Positions 48,983-58,012 of a DNA stretch of 64,000 nucleotides are shown piece after piece. The position numbers were made by a program, and so were the translations under genes. Location of the stretch: contig CANQMT010000009.1 of the NCBI GenBank assembly GCA_947625055.1, positions 12,750-76,749 of the forward strand. Direction: 5' to 3'. Position 1 is the stretch's first letter. Every line of letters begins with the position of its first letter. The notes beneath the pieces were generated by a model. The model ran no database searches. It was given only the letters and a program-made list of their open reading frames with translations, and was not told the DNA's origin. The DNA comes from an uncultured Monoglobus sp. (GTDB lineage Bacteria > Bacillota > Clostridia > Monoglobales > Monoglobaceae).

Positions 48983-50347
48983 TCAGGCGCGTGACCTTTC
49001 CATGCCGCGTATCAGCCGCCGCAGCACGATAACCGCGGCGATCGCCAGAACGAACTCCGCCAGCGGCTGCGCGTAGGCCAGACCGTACAGCGGGAACAGG
49101 GCGTTTAAGACAAACAGCGCGGGGATCTCAAGCACGATCTTGCGCATGATCGCGAACAGCAGCGCGCGGCCGCCGAGCCCGCAGGACTGGAACACGCCGA
49201 CGCCGAGAAAGTCCATGCACAAAAACGGCATTGAAAGACACATGCCGCGCAGAAATTCGGCGCTGTACGCCACGACCTCGGAATTTTTGATAAACAGCTC
49301 CGAGATCCCGCCGGCGGTTATGTAATAGATCAGGGCCACACCCGCCATAAACGACACGATGATCTTACCCGCGAACAGTATCGACTTTTTCATGCGTCCG
49401 ACGTCGCCCGAAGCGTAGTTATAGCCCACAAGCGGCATAATTCCCTGCGAGAAGCCGAGCGCGATCTGCATCGGGACCATGTTTATTTTCTGCGCTATTC
49501 CCATGGCGGCCACAGCGCTCGAGCCAAAGGCCGAGGTGAAGTTGTTAAGCACCGTCATTCCGGTCACGTTCAGCAGGTTCTGGATCGAGGCGGGAATTCC
49601 CACCGCGCATATCCCCTTTATGATCGACTTGTCAAACTTGAGCTTTTTGGGGTTTATGCAGACATACGTCTTTCCGCGCGTCACAAAAAGCAGCACGAAG
49701 AAATATCCGCAGGCGGCGCAGTTTGAGATAAAAGTGGCGCAGCCGGCTCCCGCGGCGCCCATGCCGAGGCCGCGGGGCAGAATAAAGATCGGGTCTAAGA
49801 TTATGTTAAGTATACAGCCGCTCATTGTGCCGATGCTCGCGTGGAGCGACGAGCCCTCGCTGCGCACGAGATAGGCCAGAACCACGTTTAAAATCGACGG
49901 CACCGCGCCGAATGAAACCGTCCATTTCATGTAAGCGGCGGTCGAGGCGGCTGTTCCGCTGTCGGCGCCGAGAAGCGTCAGCAGCGGGTTTTTAAGCGCC
50001 GTGCAGAAAAGTGAAAACAGCGCCGCCGAAAACAGCGCGCAGAAAAAGCCCATCGCTGAGCTGCGGTAGACCGTCTCAAAATCCTTTTTGCCGAGCGCGC
50101 GGCTCATCATGCTTGACGCGCCCACGCCGAAAAGGTTGTTGACCGCGTTGAACGCCAGCAGCACCGGAGCGGCCAGTGTGACCGCCGCGTTTTCGATAGG
50201 GTCGCCAAGCATGCCCACAAAATATGTGTCGGCGAGGTTATAAAGCACCATAACAAGAGAGCTGATGACGGTCGGCACAGCCAGCTTCATCACCGCTCTC
50301 GGTATCGGCGTTTGTTCAAATAATTCGGTTTTTTCCGCGTTTTCCAT
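48983..50347 (-). CDS. MATE-family efflux transporter (MepA-like)
   Basis: LAVPTV, YNLADTYFVG, RSEG, NIILDPIFI..GMG.AGA and QGIMPLVGYNYAS. It has its own promoter, TTGAAA-17-TATAAT (50413-50385). Confidence 0.93.
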   Translation of the reverse strand: MENAEKTELFEQTPIPRAVMKLAVPTVISSLVMVLYNLADTYFVGMLGDPIENAAVTLAAPVLLAFNAVNNLFGVGASSMMSRALGKKDFETVYRSSAMGFFCALFSAALFSLFCTALKNPLLTLLGADSGTAASTAAYMKWTVSFGAVPSILNVVLAYLVRSEGSSLHASIGTMSGCILNIILDPIFILPRGLGMGAAGAGCATFISNCAACGYFFVLLFVTRGKTYVCINPKKLKFDKSIIKGICAVGIPASIQNLLNVTGMTVLNNFTSAFGSSAVAAMGIAQKINMVPMQIALGFSQGIMPLVGYNYASGDVGRMKKSILFAGKIIVSFMAGVALIYYITAGGISELFIKNSEVVAYSAEFLRGMCLSMPFLCMDFLGVGVFQSCGLGGRALLFAIMRKIVLEIPALFVLNALFPLYGLAYAQPLAEFVLAIAAVIVLRRLIRGMERSRA

Positions 50348-50411
50348 TTATCTGTCTCTTTTCGGTAATGTTTTGAATAGAAATATTATAATATAAAACT
50401 TTTGATATTTC

Positions 50412-50518
50412 AACCTAAAAGACTAACCGATCCAAAGTTTGCGCTCAAAGGATCGGTTATCTTATTAACTATTCTGCGAAGCGGCTGACCGTTTTTACGC
50501 TCTGCCGTTTCTCTTTGT
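50412..50518 (-). ncRNA. Candidate small RNA C, related to the 13.1-13.2 kb antitoxin-like RNA
   Basis: Consensus TTGACA (50553-48)-17-TATAAT (50530-25). Terminator TAACCGATCC/GGATCGGTTA plus GTCTTTT. Shares AAACGGT(T/C)AGCC with the 13.2-kb RNA. Confidence 0.62.
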
Positions 50519-50567
50519 ATGATTATTATATATTACTTTTTTGTCTTTGTCAAGTATGAATTAATAT

Positions 50568-51134
50568 TTACTCAACTTTGGCGGTGACACGGGCGGGGAC
50601 CCCGACCGCGACCGAGTTTTCGGGCACGTCCTTTGTGACCACGGCTCCGGCTCCGACGATCGCGCCGTCTCCTATGGTCACGCCGGGCAGGATCGTGGCG
50701 TTTGAGCCTATCCAGACGTTTTCGCCGATCCTGACAGGCGCGGGGTTGTTGTCGTGCCTTTGTGCGATCGGGATCCCGTGGTTGATCGTGGCGATAACCA
50801 CGTTATGGCCGATAAGCGCGCCGCTGCCGATCGTTATTCCGCCCCAGTCCTGAAAGCGGCAGCCCGAATTGATGAACACGTTTTTTCCGACGGTTATGTT
50901 CAGGCCGCAGTCCGCGGAAAACGGCGGGAACAGCCCGAAGCCGTCGTCGACCGGCTTGCCGATAAGTCTTGAAAAAATCTCCCGAAGCTCGGTCGGCTCG
51001 TGATACGCGGAGTTCAGTTCGGTCGTTATCCTGATCGCCCGCTGGCTCAGCTCGTGCATCATAATATGCATGCCGGAGCCGCCCTCGGCTCCCCTGCCCT
51101 CTCTCATTTGTTTAAGGAATTCCTCTGTTGTCAA
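50568..51134 (-). CDS. Sugar O-acetyltransferase (Maa/LacA-like, hexapeptide repeat)
   Basis: PPFSADCGLNITVGKNVFIN, IGENVWIG and VGAGAVVTKDVP...GVPAR. TTG 51134 follows GGAGG. Confidence 0.9.
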   Translation of the reverse strand: MTTEEFLKQMREGRGAEGGSGMHIMMHELSQRAIRITTELNSAYHEPTELREIFSRLIGKPVDDGFGLFPPFSADCGLNITVGKNVFINSGCRFQDWGGITIGSGALIGHNVVIATINHGIPIAQRHDNNPAPVRIGENVWIGSNATILPGVTIGDGAIVGAGAVVTKDVPENSVAVGVPARVTAKVE

Positions 51135-51151
51135 TTTTTTTCCTCCCTGTT

Positions 51152-52699
51152 TTATATTTCCAAAGGCAGCGTCAAGGGCCTTATCGTGTTTAAGTCCCAA
51201 AGAAACGCCTTGATTTTTGTCCCTTCCGGAACCTCGCCCAGATATATTGTCGCCGTGCCCTCGCTTTCGGCGGCGGTTTTCACGTCCGCGATCATTCCGC
51301 CGCGGTACGAGACCGCGATAAGCGTGCCGCCCGCGGGCGCGCCGCTCACCGTGATCGTTCCGCCGTCGACGGTTATCCGCGGATTATTCTCCGTCATAAC
51401 CAATTCAATACCCTCGCTCTTTCCGAGATTGCGGCTGTATTGCTTATCCTCGCCGTTGTTCCAATGCTCGTGAACGCCGAGATTTGAGACCGCGTTTCCC
51501 TTGCTGTCGGTATAAACCGTGCCGGAGGGCGGCGCGGCGGCGAGGCCCGCCTCGTGCAGATAGTTTTCAACCGTTCTGTCCTTCGCGGCGCGGTTGTTCT
51601 CGGTGACTGCGGGTTCGTTCACCAGAAAATCCGCGCCCACCGAGTCGATCGCCACCGGGTCCTGCGACGCGAACACGCTCGATGTGTAACCGCCGTTAAA
51701 CGGGCTTTGGCGCCATTTTGAGTTTTCGCCGGTTATCGAGGCGCCCTCGGACGGGGCGCAGATGATCGCGTCGAGCATATAAAGCACGGTCTTGCCGCCC
51801 AAGTCCGCGTTGGCCATAAGATCGACCAGCGGGCTGTATATTCCCATTTTGCTCATCGTCAGCCACTGATGCAGATTGGCTCCCTCGGGCGGGCGCATCA
51901 TGTTCCCGTTGATGAACGAGCCGAAATGGTTTTTGCCGCAAAGCGTTATACCGTAGCTGTGACCCTTGAGATTTGCTAGGTTTATCACATATTCCGCCTC
52001 GGTAACGCAGGTCGGCAGATAATTCACCCTGCCGCCGAACTCGTGCGACCAGATTATCGGCGCGTTCTCGTCCGCTGTCCCGTTGTCGCGGGTGACGAAG
52101 TTCACGCCGCTCAAAATTCCCTCGCTGCACATGCCGACCATATAATCCGGGAAGAGGCGTGACACGTCGTAGACCGTGATGTTTTCGGGCGCGACTCCCG
52201 CCTCGGCCACAAGCGACGTGAGCAGAGCCTTAAGCAGCACCGGGTTGGTGTAGCTCATCATTGTTCTTCCCGAGGTGTCGTCGTCCATTACCGCCGAGCC
52301 GTTTATGTTCGCCTTTATCGCGATCTTCTCGCCGTCTTTATAGCCGCCGCTTTTGCCGCGCCTGCCGTTTATGTTCTCAAACAGAGCGGGCCATGCCTCC
52401 GCGGCGGAGCTTTTCCCTGCGAGCGAGGCGATCGACGAGCTTACCATGGCCTTGACCGCGTCCTCGTCAAAGTGATCCGTTTCCCACCAGTATCCGCTTC
52501 CGTCCCAGTCGACGCAGCTTGGGTCATAAGCCCAAACGACTCTGCCGGGCATCACGCCGACGCCTTGTCCGTAGGGCTCATGCGGAGGGAAAACATTTTC
52601 CTGCGGAAAAACGCTTTCCTCAGCGAAAGCGCCCGTGAGCGCTCCGCAAATCATAAAGACCGCCGCGGCGGCTGATATTATCTTAACGCCGATGCTCAT
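51152..52699 (-). CDS. Secreted DUF362-domain protein with a C-terminal 'LWD..PL' module
   Basis: Signal peptide, GEKIAIKAN, INLANLKGH..GITLCGKNHFG and SQDPVAIDSV. Family assignment is from recall. Confidence 0.75.
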   Translation of the reverse strand: MSIGVKIISAAAAVFMICGALTGAFAEESVFPQENVFPPHEPYGQGVGVMPGRVVWAYDPSCVDWDGSGYWWETDHFDEDAVKAMVSSSIASLAGKSSAAEAWPALFENINGRRGKSGGYKDGEKIAIKANINGSAVMDDDTSGRTMMSYTNPVLLKALLTSLVAEAGVAPENITVYDVSRLFPDYMVGMCSEGILSGVNFVTRDNGTADENAPIIWSHEFGGRVNYLPTCVTEAEYVINLANLKGHSYGITLCGKNHFGSFINGNMMRPPEGANLHQWLTMSKMGIYSPLVDLMANADLGGKTVLYMLDAIICAPSEGASITGENSKWRQSPFNGGYTSSVFASQDPVAIDSVGADFLVNEPAVTENNRAAKDRTVENYLHEAGLAAAPPSGTVYTDSKGNAVSNLGVHEHWNNGEDKQYSRNLGKSEGIELVMTENNPRITVDGGTITVSGAPAGGTLIAVSYRGGMIADVKTAAESEGTATIYLGEVPEGTKIKAFLWDLNTIRPLTLPLEI

Positions 52700-52856
52700 A
52701 AAATCTCATCCTTTCCGATCTGAAATTATAACTTCTGCTTATATTATAAGGCCCGCGGCCCGAAATAGCAAATACTTATATCAAATACTTAACTATTCTT
52801 GACGCGAATGGCATATCATGATATAATTTTAAAAAACGGGAAAGAAGGTCGCTGAA

Positions 52857-53735
52857 TTGGAAATCAGAGTTTTGAATTATTTTCTGGCGGTGGTCCGCGA
52901 GGGGAACATCACAGCAGCGGCGCGGATGCTGCACGTCTCGCAGCCCACGCTTTCGCGCCAGCTTATGGAGCTTGAGGAAGAGCTGGGCGTCACGCTGATG
53001 ATAAGGGGCAACCGCCGCATTGAGCTCACGGACGAGGGAGTGATCTTTCACAAGCGCGCCGAGGAGATCATAAGCCTTGTCGAAAAGACGAGGTCCGAGA
53101 TTTCTGCCGGGGAGCCCGTGTCCGGCGATATATATATCGGCGCCGCCGAGGCGAGAGGCGTCAAAATAATCGCCGACGCGGTAAAGGAGCTGAAGGACGA
53201 GGGGATCGAAATACGCTGCCATATTACAAGCGGAAACGCGGTTGACGTTGCGGAGCGGCTTGACAAGGGCCTTATCGACTTCGGCCTGCTGCTCGGGAAC
53301 TCGGACTCGCGCAAGTATAACTCGCTTCGGCTGCCCGCCCGCGACAGATGGGGCCTGCTCGTGAGGAAGGACAGTCCGCTCGCGGAGCGCGGCGAGATCG
53401 GGATCAGCGAGCTTCCGTCGCTTCCTCTGATCATCTCGAAGCAGGCGCTTGAAAACAACGAGTTCTCGGGGCACCTCGGCGTTCATGCCGACAAGCTCAA
53501 CATAACTGCCACATACAATCTGCTCTATAACGCATCGGTAATGGCGGAGGAAGGACTGGGCTGCGTTCTCTGCATCGACGGGATAATCAACACCACTGGC
53601 GACAGCGATCTGCGGTTTATCCCGCTGAGGCCTCGGCTTTACACCCATATGGACCTGGTATGGAAACGCTATCAGGTGTTCTCAAAGCCCGCCGAGCTTT
53701 TCCTTGAAAAAATAAGAAAACAAGCGGATTTATAA
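52857..53735 (+). CDS. LysR-family transcriptional regulator
   Basis: FLAVVREGNITAAARMLHVSQPTLSRQLMELEEELG HTH and LDKGLIDFGL. Divergent from the DUF362 gene. Confidence 0.96.
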   Translation: MEIRVLNYFLAVVREGNITAAARMLHVSQPTLSRQLMELEEELGVTLMIRGNRRIELTDEGVIFHKRAEEIISLVEKTRSEISAGEPVSGDIYIGAAEARGVKIIADAVKELKDEGIEIRCHITSGNAVDVAERLDKGLIDFGLLLGNSDSRKYNSLRLPARDRWGLLVRKDSPLAERGEIGISELPSLPLIISKQALENNEFSGHLGVHADKLNITATYNLLYNASVMAEEGLGCVLCIDGIINTTGDSDLRFIPLRPRLYTHMDLVWKRYQVFSKPAELFLEKIRKQADL

Positions 53736-53905
53736 TATTAAATTTAACAAAGCTGATTTTAAATAAAGCTCCGTTGGCATTCGGAGCATATTGAGATAAA
53801 ATTTGCCTTGCCTTCGGTGTAATAAAGGCTGACAACAGCGCCGACGCGGGGCCGGCTGAGATATATCATATTATGACACCGTTTGACAATATCGGACGGT
53901 GTTAT

Positions 53906-54217
53906 TTATTTGTAATATTCCCTGATCGCGGTGATAACGGTGTTAACGGCGTCAACGGCGCTGTCGGGAAGAGTATCCGGAAGCTTAATATATTTATCGC
54001 TTCTCTTATACGGTATAGGCTCGTCGATCAGACCGAGCAGATAATCAAGAGAAACATTAAATATTTTAGCCAATTCCACTTTAATGTCATCGCCGGGCAT
54101 GGTCTTTTCGCGCTCATATGACGAAATTGTATATTTCGTCAGTGAAAGCATATCCGCCAGCTTCTGCTGTGACATGCCCGCGTCCTTGCGCAGCTCTGAC
54201 AATCTCTCTCCGATCAT
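53906..54217 (-). CDS. XRE-family HTH regulator
   Basis: IGERLSELRKDAGMSQQKLA...ISSYERE...FNVSLDYLLG. ATG 54217 follows GAGGTGG. Confidence 0.92.
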   Translation of the reverse strand: MIGERLSELRKDAGMSQQKLADMLSLTKYTISSYEREKTMPGDDIKVELAKIFNVSLDYLLGLIDEPIPYKRSDKYIKLPDTLPDSAVDAVNTVITAIREYYK

Positions 54218-54293
54218 TGTTAACCACCTCAAGTAAATTATAGACTATTTTCAACTATTTTGTGTAAAGTTGAGAGAATTATCAACATTTATC

Positions 54294-54351
54294 TTGACAA
54301 GTAGATGAATATTGCTATATAATAAACAATAAGTAGATAATATTACTATAT
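54294..54351 (+). promoter_or_regulatory. Promoter with duplicated operator-like sites, divergent from the XRE gene
   Basis: TTGACA (54294-99), 18 bp, TATAAT (54318-23). AAGTAGATGAATATTGCTATAT and AAGTAGATAATATTACTATAT are near-identical direct repeats. Confidence 0.65.
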
Positions 54352-54472
54352 GCGCAAGAAAAAATAATTACATGAAACCGTCTGATTATACGATAAAATT
54401 TTCGGTTTACTTTGAGGTATTATTCTTTCGTAAAAGTAGATATATTAACAAAAAGAAAAAGGAGGAATTTGT

Positions 54473-57400
54473 ATGAGGTTAAAACAAATGTGTTTGGTTT
54501 TTGCGGCGGCGCTGATTTTAAGTACGGCGGTATGCGCGGTGGCTTTTGCCGAGACCTCGGGTGATTTAGAGTATCAGATCAATCCGGACGGCACAACGGC
54601 CGCGATCACTCGGTACACCGGTAGGGATGCGGCGCTTGTCATACCGCCTGAGATTGATGGTTACATGGTGAGCGACCTGAAAATTTCGAGCGGAAACTCA
54701 AACATCACAACCATCTCGATCCCGGATTCGGTCACCAATATTATGCAAAGCTCAATAACGCTTTTGACAAATCTCGCCGAGGTAACTGTGTCAAGCGGCA
54801 ATGAAGCATATTCGAGCGCGGACGGAATACTGTTTGACAAGGACATGACGCGGCTTATCGCCTGCCCGAGGAAAAAATCCGCGGATACATACGCGGTGCC
54901 GGGCAGCGTCAAAACGATTGGAACCCAAGCGTTTGCGAATACCTCGGGAATAAAGGCGATCACGCTGCCCGAAGGGCTTCGGGCAATAGAGGACACAGCT
55001 TTCGCAAACTGCACCGCTGTCGTGAATATTCCGTCGAGCGTGACGGAAATCGGCACGGGCGCTTTAGGAAGAAAGAAATTGAGTGAGATCGTTTTATCAT
55101 CCGATAACAAAGATTTTGTGATATCGGACGATGTGCTGTACAGCGCCGATATGACGCGCCTTCTGCTCTATTCGGACGAGAAAACCGACGCGGAGCTGAA
55201 ACTGCCGGAGAGTGTGACGACCGTGGACCCCTATGCTTTTTACAATAATAAAAATCTTATGTCTGCCATCGTTCCGGACAGCGTGACCGAGATCGGGAAT
55301 TACGCTTTTATGAATTGTTCCGGCCTTTTGTTCGCGAAACTTCCCGACGCGCTTACCATAATTCCCACCGGTATTTGTCAAAGCTGCAGAAAGCTGCAGC
55401 ACTTTGAAGTCGGCGAAAACGTAAATGAAATTAACAACTCCGCCTTTTACGGATGTAATAACTTGGCGATATCTATACCCGAGAGCGTGACGGAAATAGG
55501 CCGCAACGCGATCATTAAAACCTCAAGCGGCACGACCACAATATACGGCGTGGCGGGCTCATACGCCGAGACCTACGCTAAGCAAAACAGTATTCCGTTC
55601 GCGGATATTTCGGCAATGCCCACGCCGGAGCCTTTGCCTACGGCCGCGCCGACATCAAAGCCGACGGCCAAGCCGACCGAAAGACCGACACCGACGGCCA
55701 AACCTACGCCCACGCCGGTTCCTCCGACGGTTCCGCCTGTTCCGACGGCTACATCTGACCCTATGGAATTCAGAATATCAAATTTCGGGGGCGATAGATT
55801 CTATGTCCGTATAGGCAGCGGATACCCGGACGGAGTATTGAAGTTTACAACAATAGCCGCGAAATATTCGGGTGATGCATTGAGTGACATTATGATCAAA
55901 GACTCGGAAATAAATATTATTGGTTCGGGAACCAAGACGGCTACGGTAGAATTTGACAGAACTATGGAGCTTGATAATAACAATGAGTCAATAAAAATCA
56001 TCCTTTGGGATGATCTTGAAAACTGCGTACCGCTGTGCAAGCCGTACACGGTCAAAAAGGTTGCAGCTTTCCCCGGCGCGGAAGGCGGCGGCAAATACTC
56101 CGTCGGAGCAAGAGGCGACAGCAATATAGAAGTATATCATGTAACGAATCTTAACGACAGCGGTCCCGGCTCTTTAAGAGATGCGGTATCGAAACCAGGC
56201 AGAATTGTTGTGTTTGATGTCGGCGGAACGATCAATCTCAAAAGCTCGATCAGAAATATAACGGGCGTTACAATACTCGGCCAGACAGCGCCCGGAGACG
56301 GCATAACAATTACCGGCGCAAATCTTGAGCTTGGCGGTTCCGATATAATCCGTTATTTGAGAATAAGACCGACATATATTAACCAAATCGAAGCGGACGC
56401 TTTGGGCGGTTATCCATCATCAACAATAATCGACCACTGCTCTGTGAGCTACAGCATTGATGAAGCGTTGTCAATATATGACTGCTCGAATACGACCGTG
56501 CAGAATTGTATTGCTTCGGAAAGTCTGAAAAACAGCGGCCATTCAAAGGGTGCGCACGGCTACGGCGGCATCTGGGGCGGCTCGAACGCGAGCTTCCACC
56601 ACAACCTTTTGGCGAGTCACGACAGCCGAAACCCGCGCTTGTCGGCGGGAATATTCGAGGGCGAAAAAGATTACGACATGAGTCTGCAAACCGAACTGAC
56701 CGATCTTCGCAACAATATAATATATAACTGGGGCGGCAATTCGGCCTACGGCGGTCAGGGAGCGATGGCGGCGAACATAATAAACTGCTACTACAAGCCC
56801 GGCCCCTCGACCACCAGCCACCGCACAAGAATATTTCAGACAACGTCCACCGGCAACGGACAGACCTCAAAATGGGCGACCGACCTCTACGTTGACGGAA
56901 ACTATATGGAAGGCAGCCAAAGCGTGACCGCCGACAACAGCAAGGGAGTCGATCATGACAGCACGGTAGCGAAATACTACGTTTGGACAAAAGACAATAT
57001 AACCGACGAGGCAAGAGCTGTGCACTTTAAATATGAGGAAAATTGTCCCGTGACGACGCAGACCGCCGAGGAAACGTATGACACATTGCTTGACCATGTC
57101 GGAGCGTCGCTGCCGAGGCGCGACGAGACCGATGCGAGGATAATCAGCGAGGTAAAGAACGGACAAGGCAGGATAATCGACAATGAGGCCGAAGTCGGAG
57201 GCGTAATGCAGTATGAGACGGTGTACCGCCCGTTCGAGATCCCGCAGGAGTGGAAGGACGAAAACGGCATGGGCGGAGCCTATGAGGGCGATATAGTTCC
57301 TGACGGACGCTGGAAGGGATATACATGGATAGAGGCGTATGTCAACGAGTGGACGGGGCAGCAGGAAAATCCGACCAATCCGGAAGTGACGATACAGACA

Positions 57401-57634
57401 AGCGTTAACGGCAATAATATCGCGGTTTCGGCCGAGGCTTCGTCCGTGGGCGGCAGCCCGATAACAAAGATCGTGATATACGACGGCGACAAAATAATAT
57501 CAGAGCATGAAACAGATAAGGTGAATGTTAACATAGACTCGGCCGGGGCCGGAAGACACTATATTTCGGCCCTCGCCTACAATCAAAAAGGTGAAAGCAC
57601 AAGAAGCACAATTGCGGTTGTTGAGGTGAAGTAA
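54473..57634 (+). CDS. Secreted multidomain PL1 pectate lyase: BspA-type LRRs, Pro/Thr linker, 'LWD..PL' module, PL1 domain, Ig-like domain
   Basis: Signal peptide and TxIxxxAFxxC repeats. AFPGAEGGG, VTNLNDSGPGSLR, IDHCS.SYSIDE, HGYGGIWGG and HHNLLASHDSRNPR. Confidence 0.88.
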   Translation: MRLKQMCLVFAAALILSTAVCAVAFAETSGDLEYQINPDGTTAAITRYTGRDAALVIPPEIDGYMVSDLKISSGNSNITTISIPDSVTNIMQSSITLLTNLAEVTVSSGNEAYSSADGILFDKDMTRLIACPRKKSADTYAVPGSVKTIGTQAFANTSGIKAITLPEGLRAIEDTAFANCTAVVNIPSSVTEIGTGALGRKKLSEIVLSSDNKDFVISDDVLYSADMTRLLLYSDEKTDAELKLPESVTTVDPYAFYNNKNLMSAIVPDSVTEIGNYAFMNCSGLLFAKLPDALTIIPTGICQSCRKLQHFEVGENVNEINNSAFYGCNNLAISIPESVTEIGRNAIIKTSSGTTTIYGVAGSYAETYAKQNSIPFADISAMPTPEPLPTAAPTSKPTAKPTERPTPTAKPTPTPVPPTVPPVPTATSDPMEFRISNFGGDRFYVRIGSGYPDGVLKFTTIAAKYSGDALSDIMIKDSEINIIGSGTKTATVEFDRTMELDNNNESIKIILWDDLENCVPLCKPYTVKKVAAFPGAEGGGKYSVGARGDSNIEVYHVTNLNDSGPGSLRDAVSKPGRIVVFDVGGTINLKSSIRNITGVTILGQTAPGDGITITGANLELGGSDIIRYLRIRPTYINQIEADALGGYPSSTIIDHCSVSYSIDEALSIYDCSNTTVQNCIASESLKNSGHSKGAHGYGGIWGGSNASFHHNLLASHDSRNPRLSAGIFEGEKDYDMSLQTELTDLRNNIIYNWGGNSAYGGQGAMAANIINCYYKPGPSTTSHRTRIFQTTSTGNGQTSKWATDLYVDGNYMEGSQSVTADNSKGVDHDSTVAKYYVWTKDNITDEARAVHFKYEENCPVTTQTAEETYDTLLDHVGASLPRRDETDARIISEVKNGQGRIIDNEAEVGGVMQYETVYRPFEIPQEWKDENGMGGAYEGDIVPDGRWKGYTWIEAYVNEWTGQQENPTNPEVTIQTSVNGNNIAVSAEASSVGGSPITKIVIYDGDKIISEHETDKVNVNIDSAGAGRHYISALAYNQKGESTRSTIAVVEVK

Positions 57635-57643
57635 CTAAGGGTA

Positions 57644-58012
57644 CCCCTCTCAGTCTTTCCGCCTTACGGCGGAAATCCGGCATTAAGGAAGCGCTTGGTC
57701 AAAATCGCAAGCGATTTTGAAAGGTAGCTTTGAACCCGCACGCTTCGCGCGCTGATTATCCCCAAGGGGAGATCCTGACGGGCGGATAATATCCGCCCCT
57801 ACGGCAATTTGAGGGCGAGGCAAACGGGCGGCCGAGGTCGTCCGCCCTACGGATTTTGGGGCGAGGAAAAAAATAAATCAATCAAATCTTCCCAATAAAT
57901 ACGCGTGGCTCCCCGAAACGGGGAGCCATTTTACAAGTCGTAGTCCGAGGCGCCGTCCATGCAGATTTGAGGGGCGCGGCAAGCGGGACGTCGAGGGCGC
58001 CGTCCCCTACGT
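57644..58012. repeat. REP/BIME-like palindrome cluster between the convergent lyase and AlkZ-like genes
   Basis: CGGGCGGATAATATCCGCCCCTAC, GGGCGGCCGAGGTCGTCCGCCCTAC and GCGGGACGTCGAGGGCGCCGTCCCCTAC with related linkers. Also a terminator TGGCTCCCCG-AAA-CGGGGAGCCA-TTTT (57906-32). Confidence 0.82.

Noticed and set aside
50412-50518. Riboswitch controlling the MATE genes
   Set aside because: I recognise no aptamer consensus, and the MATE gene has its own promoter downstream of the terminator.
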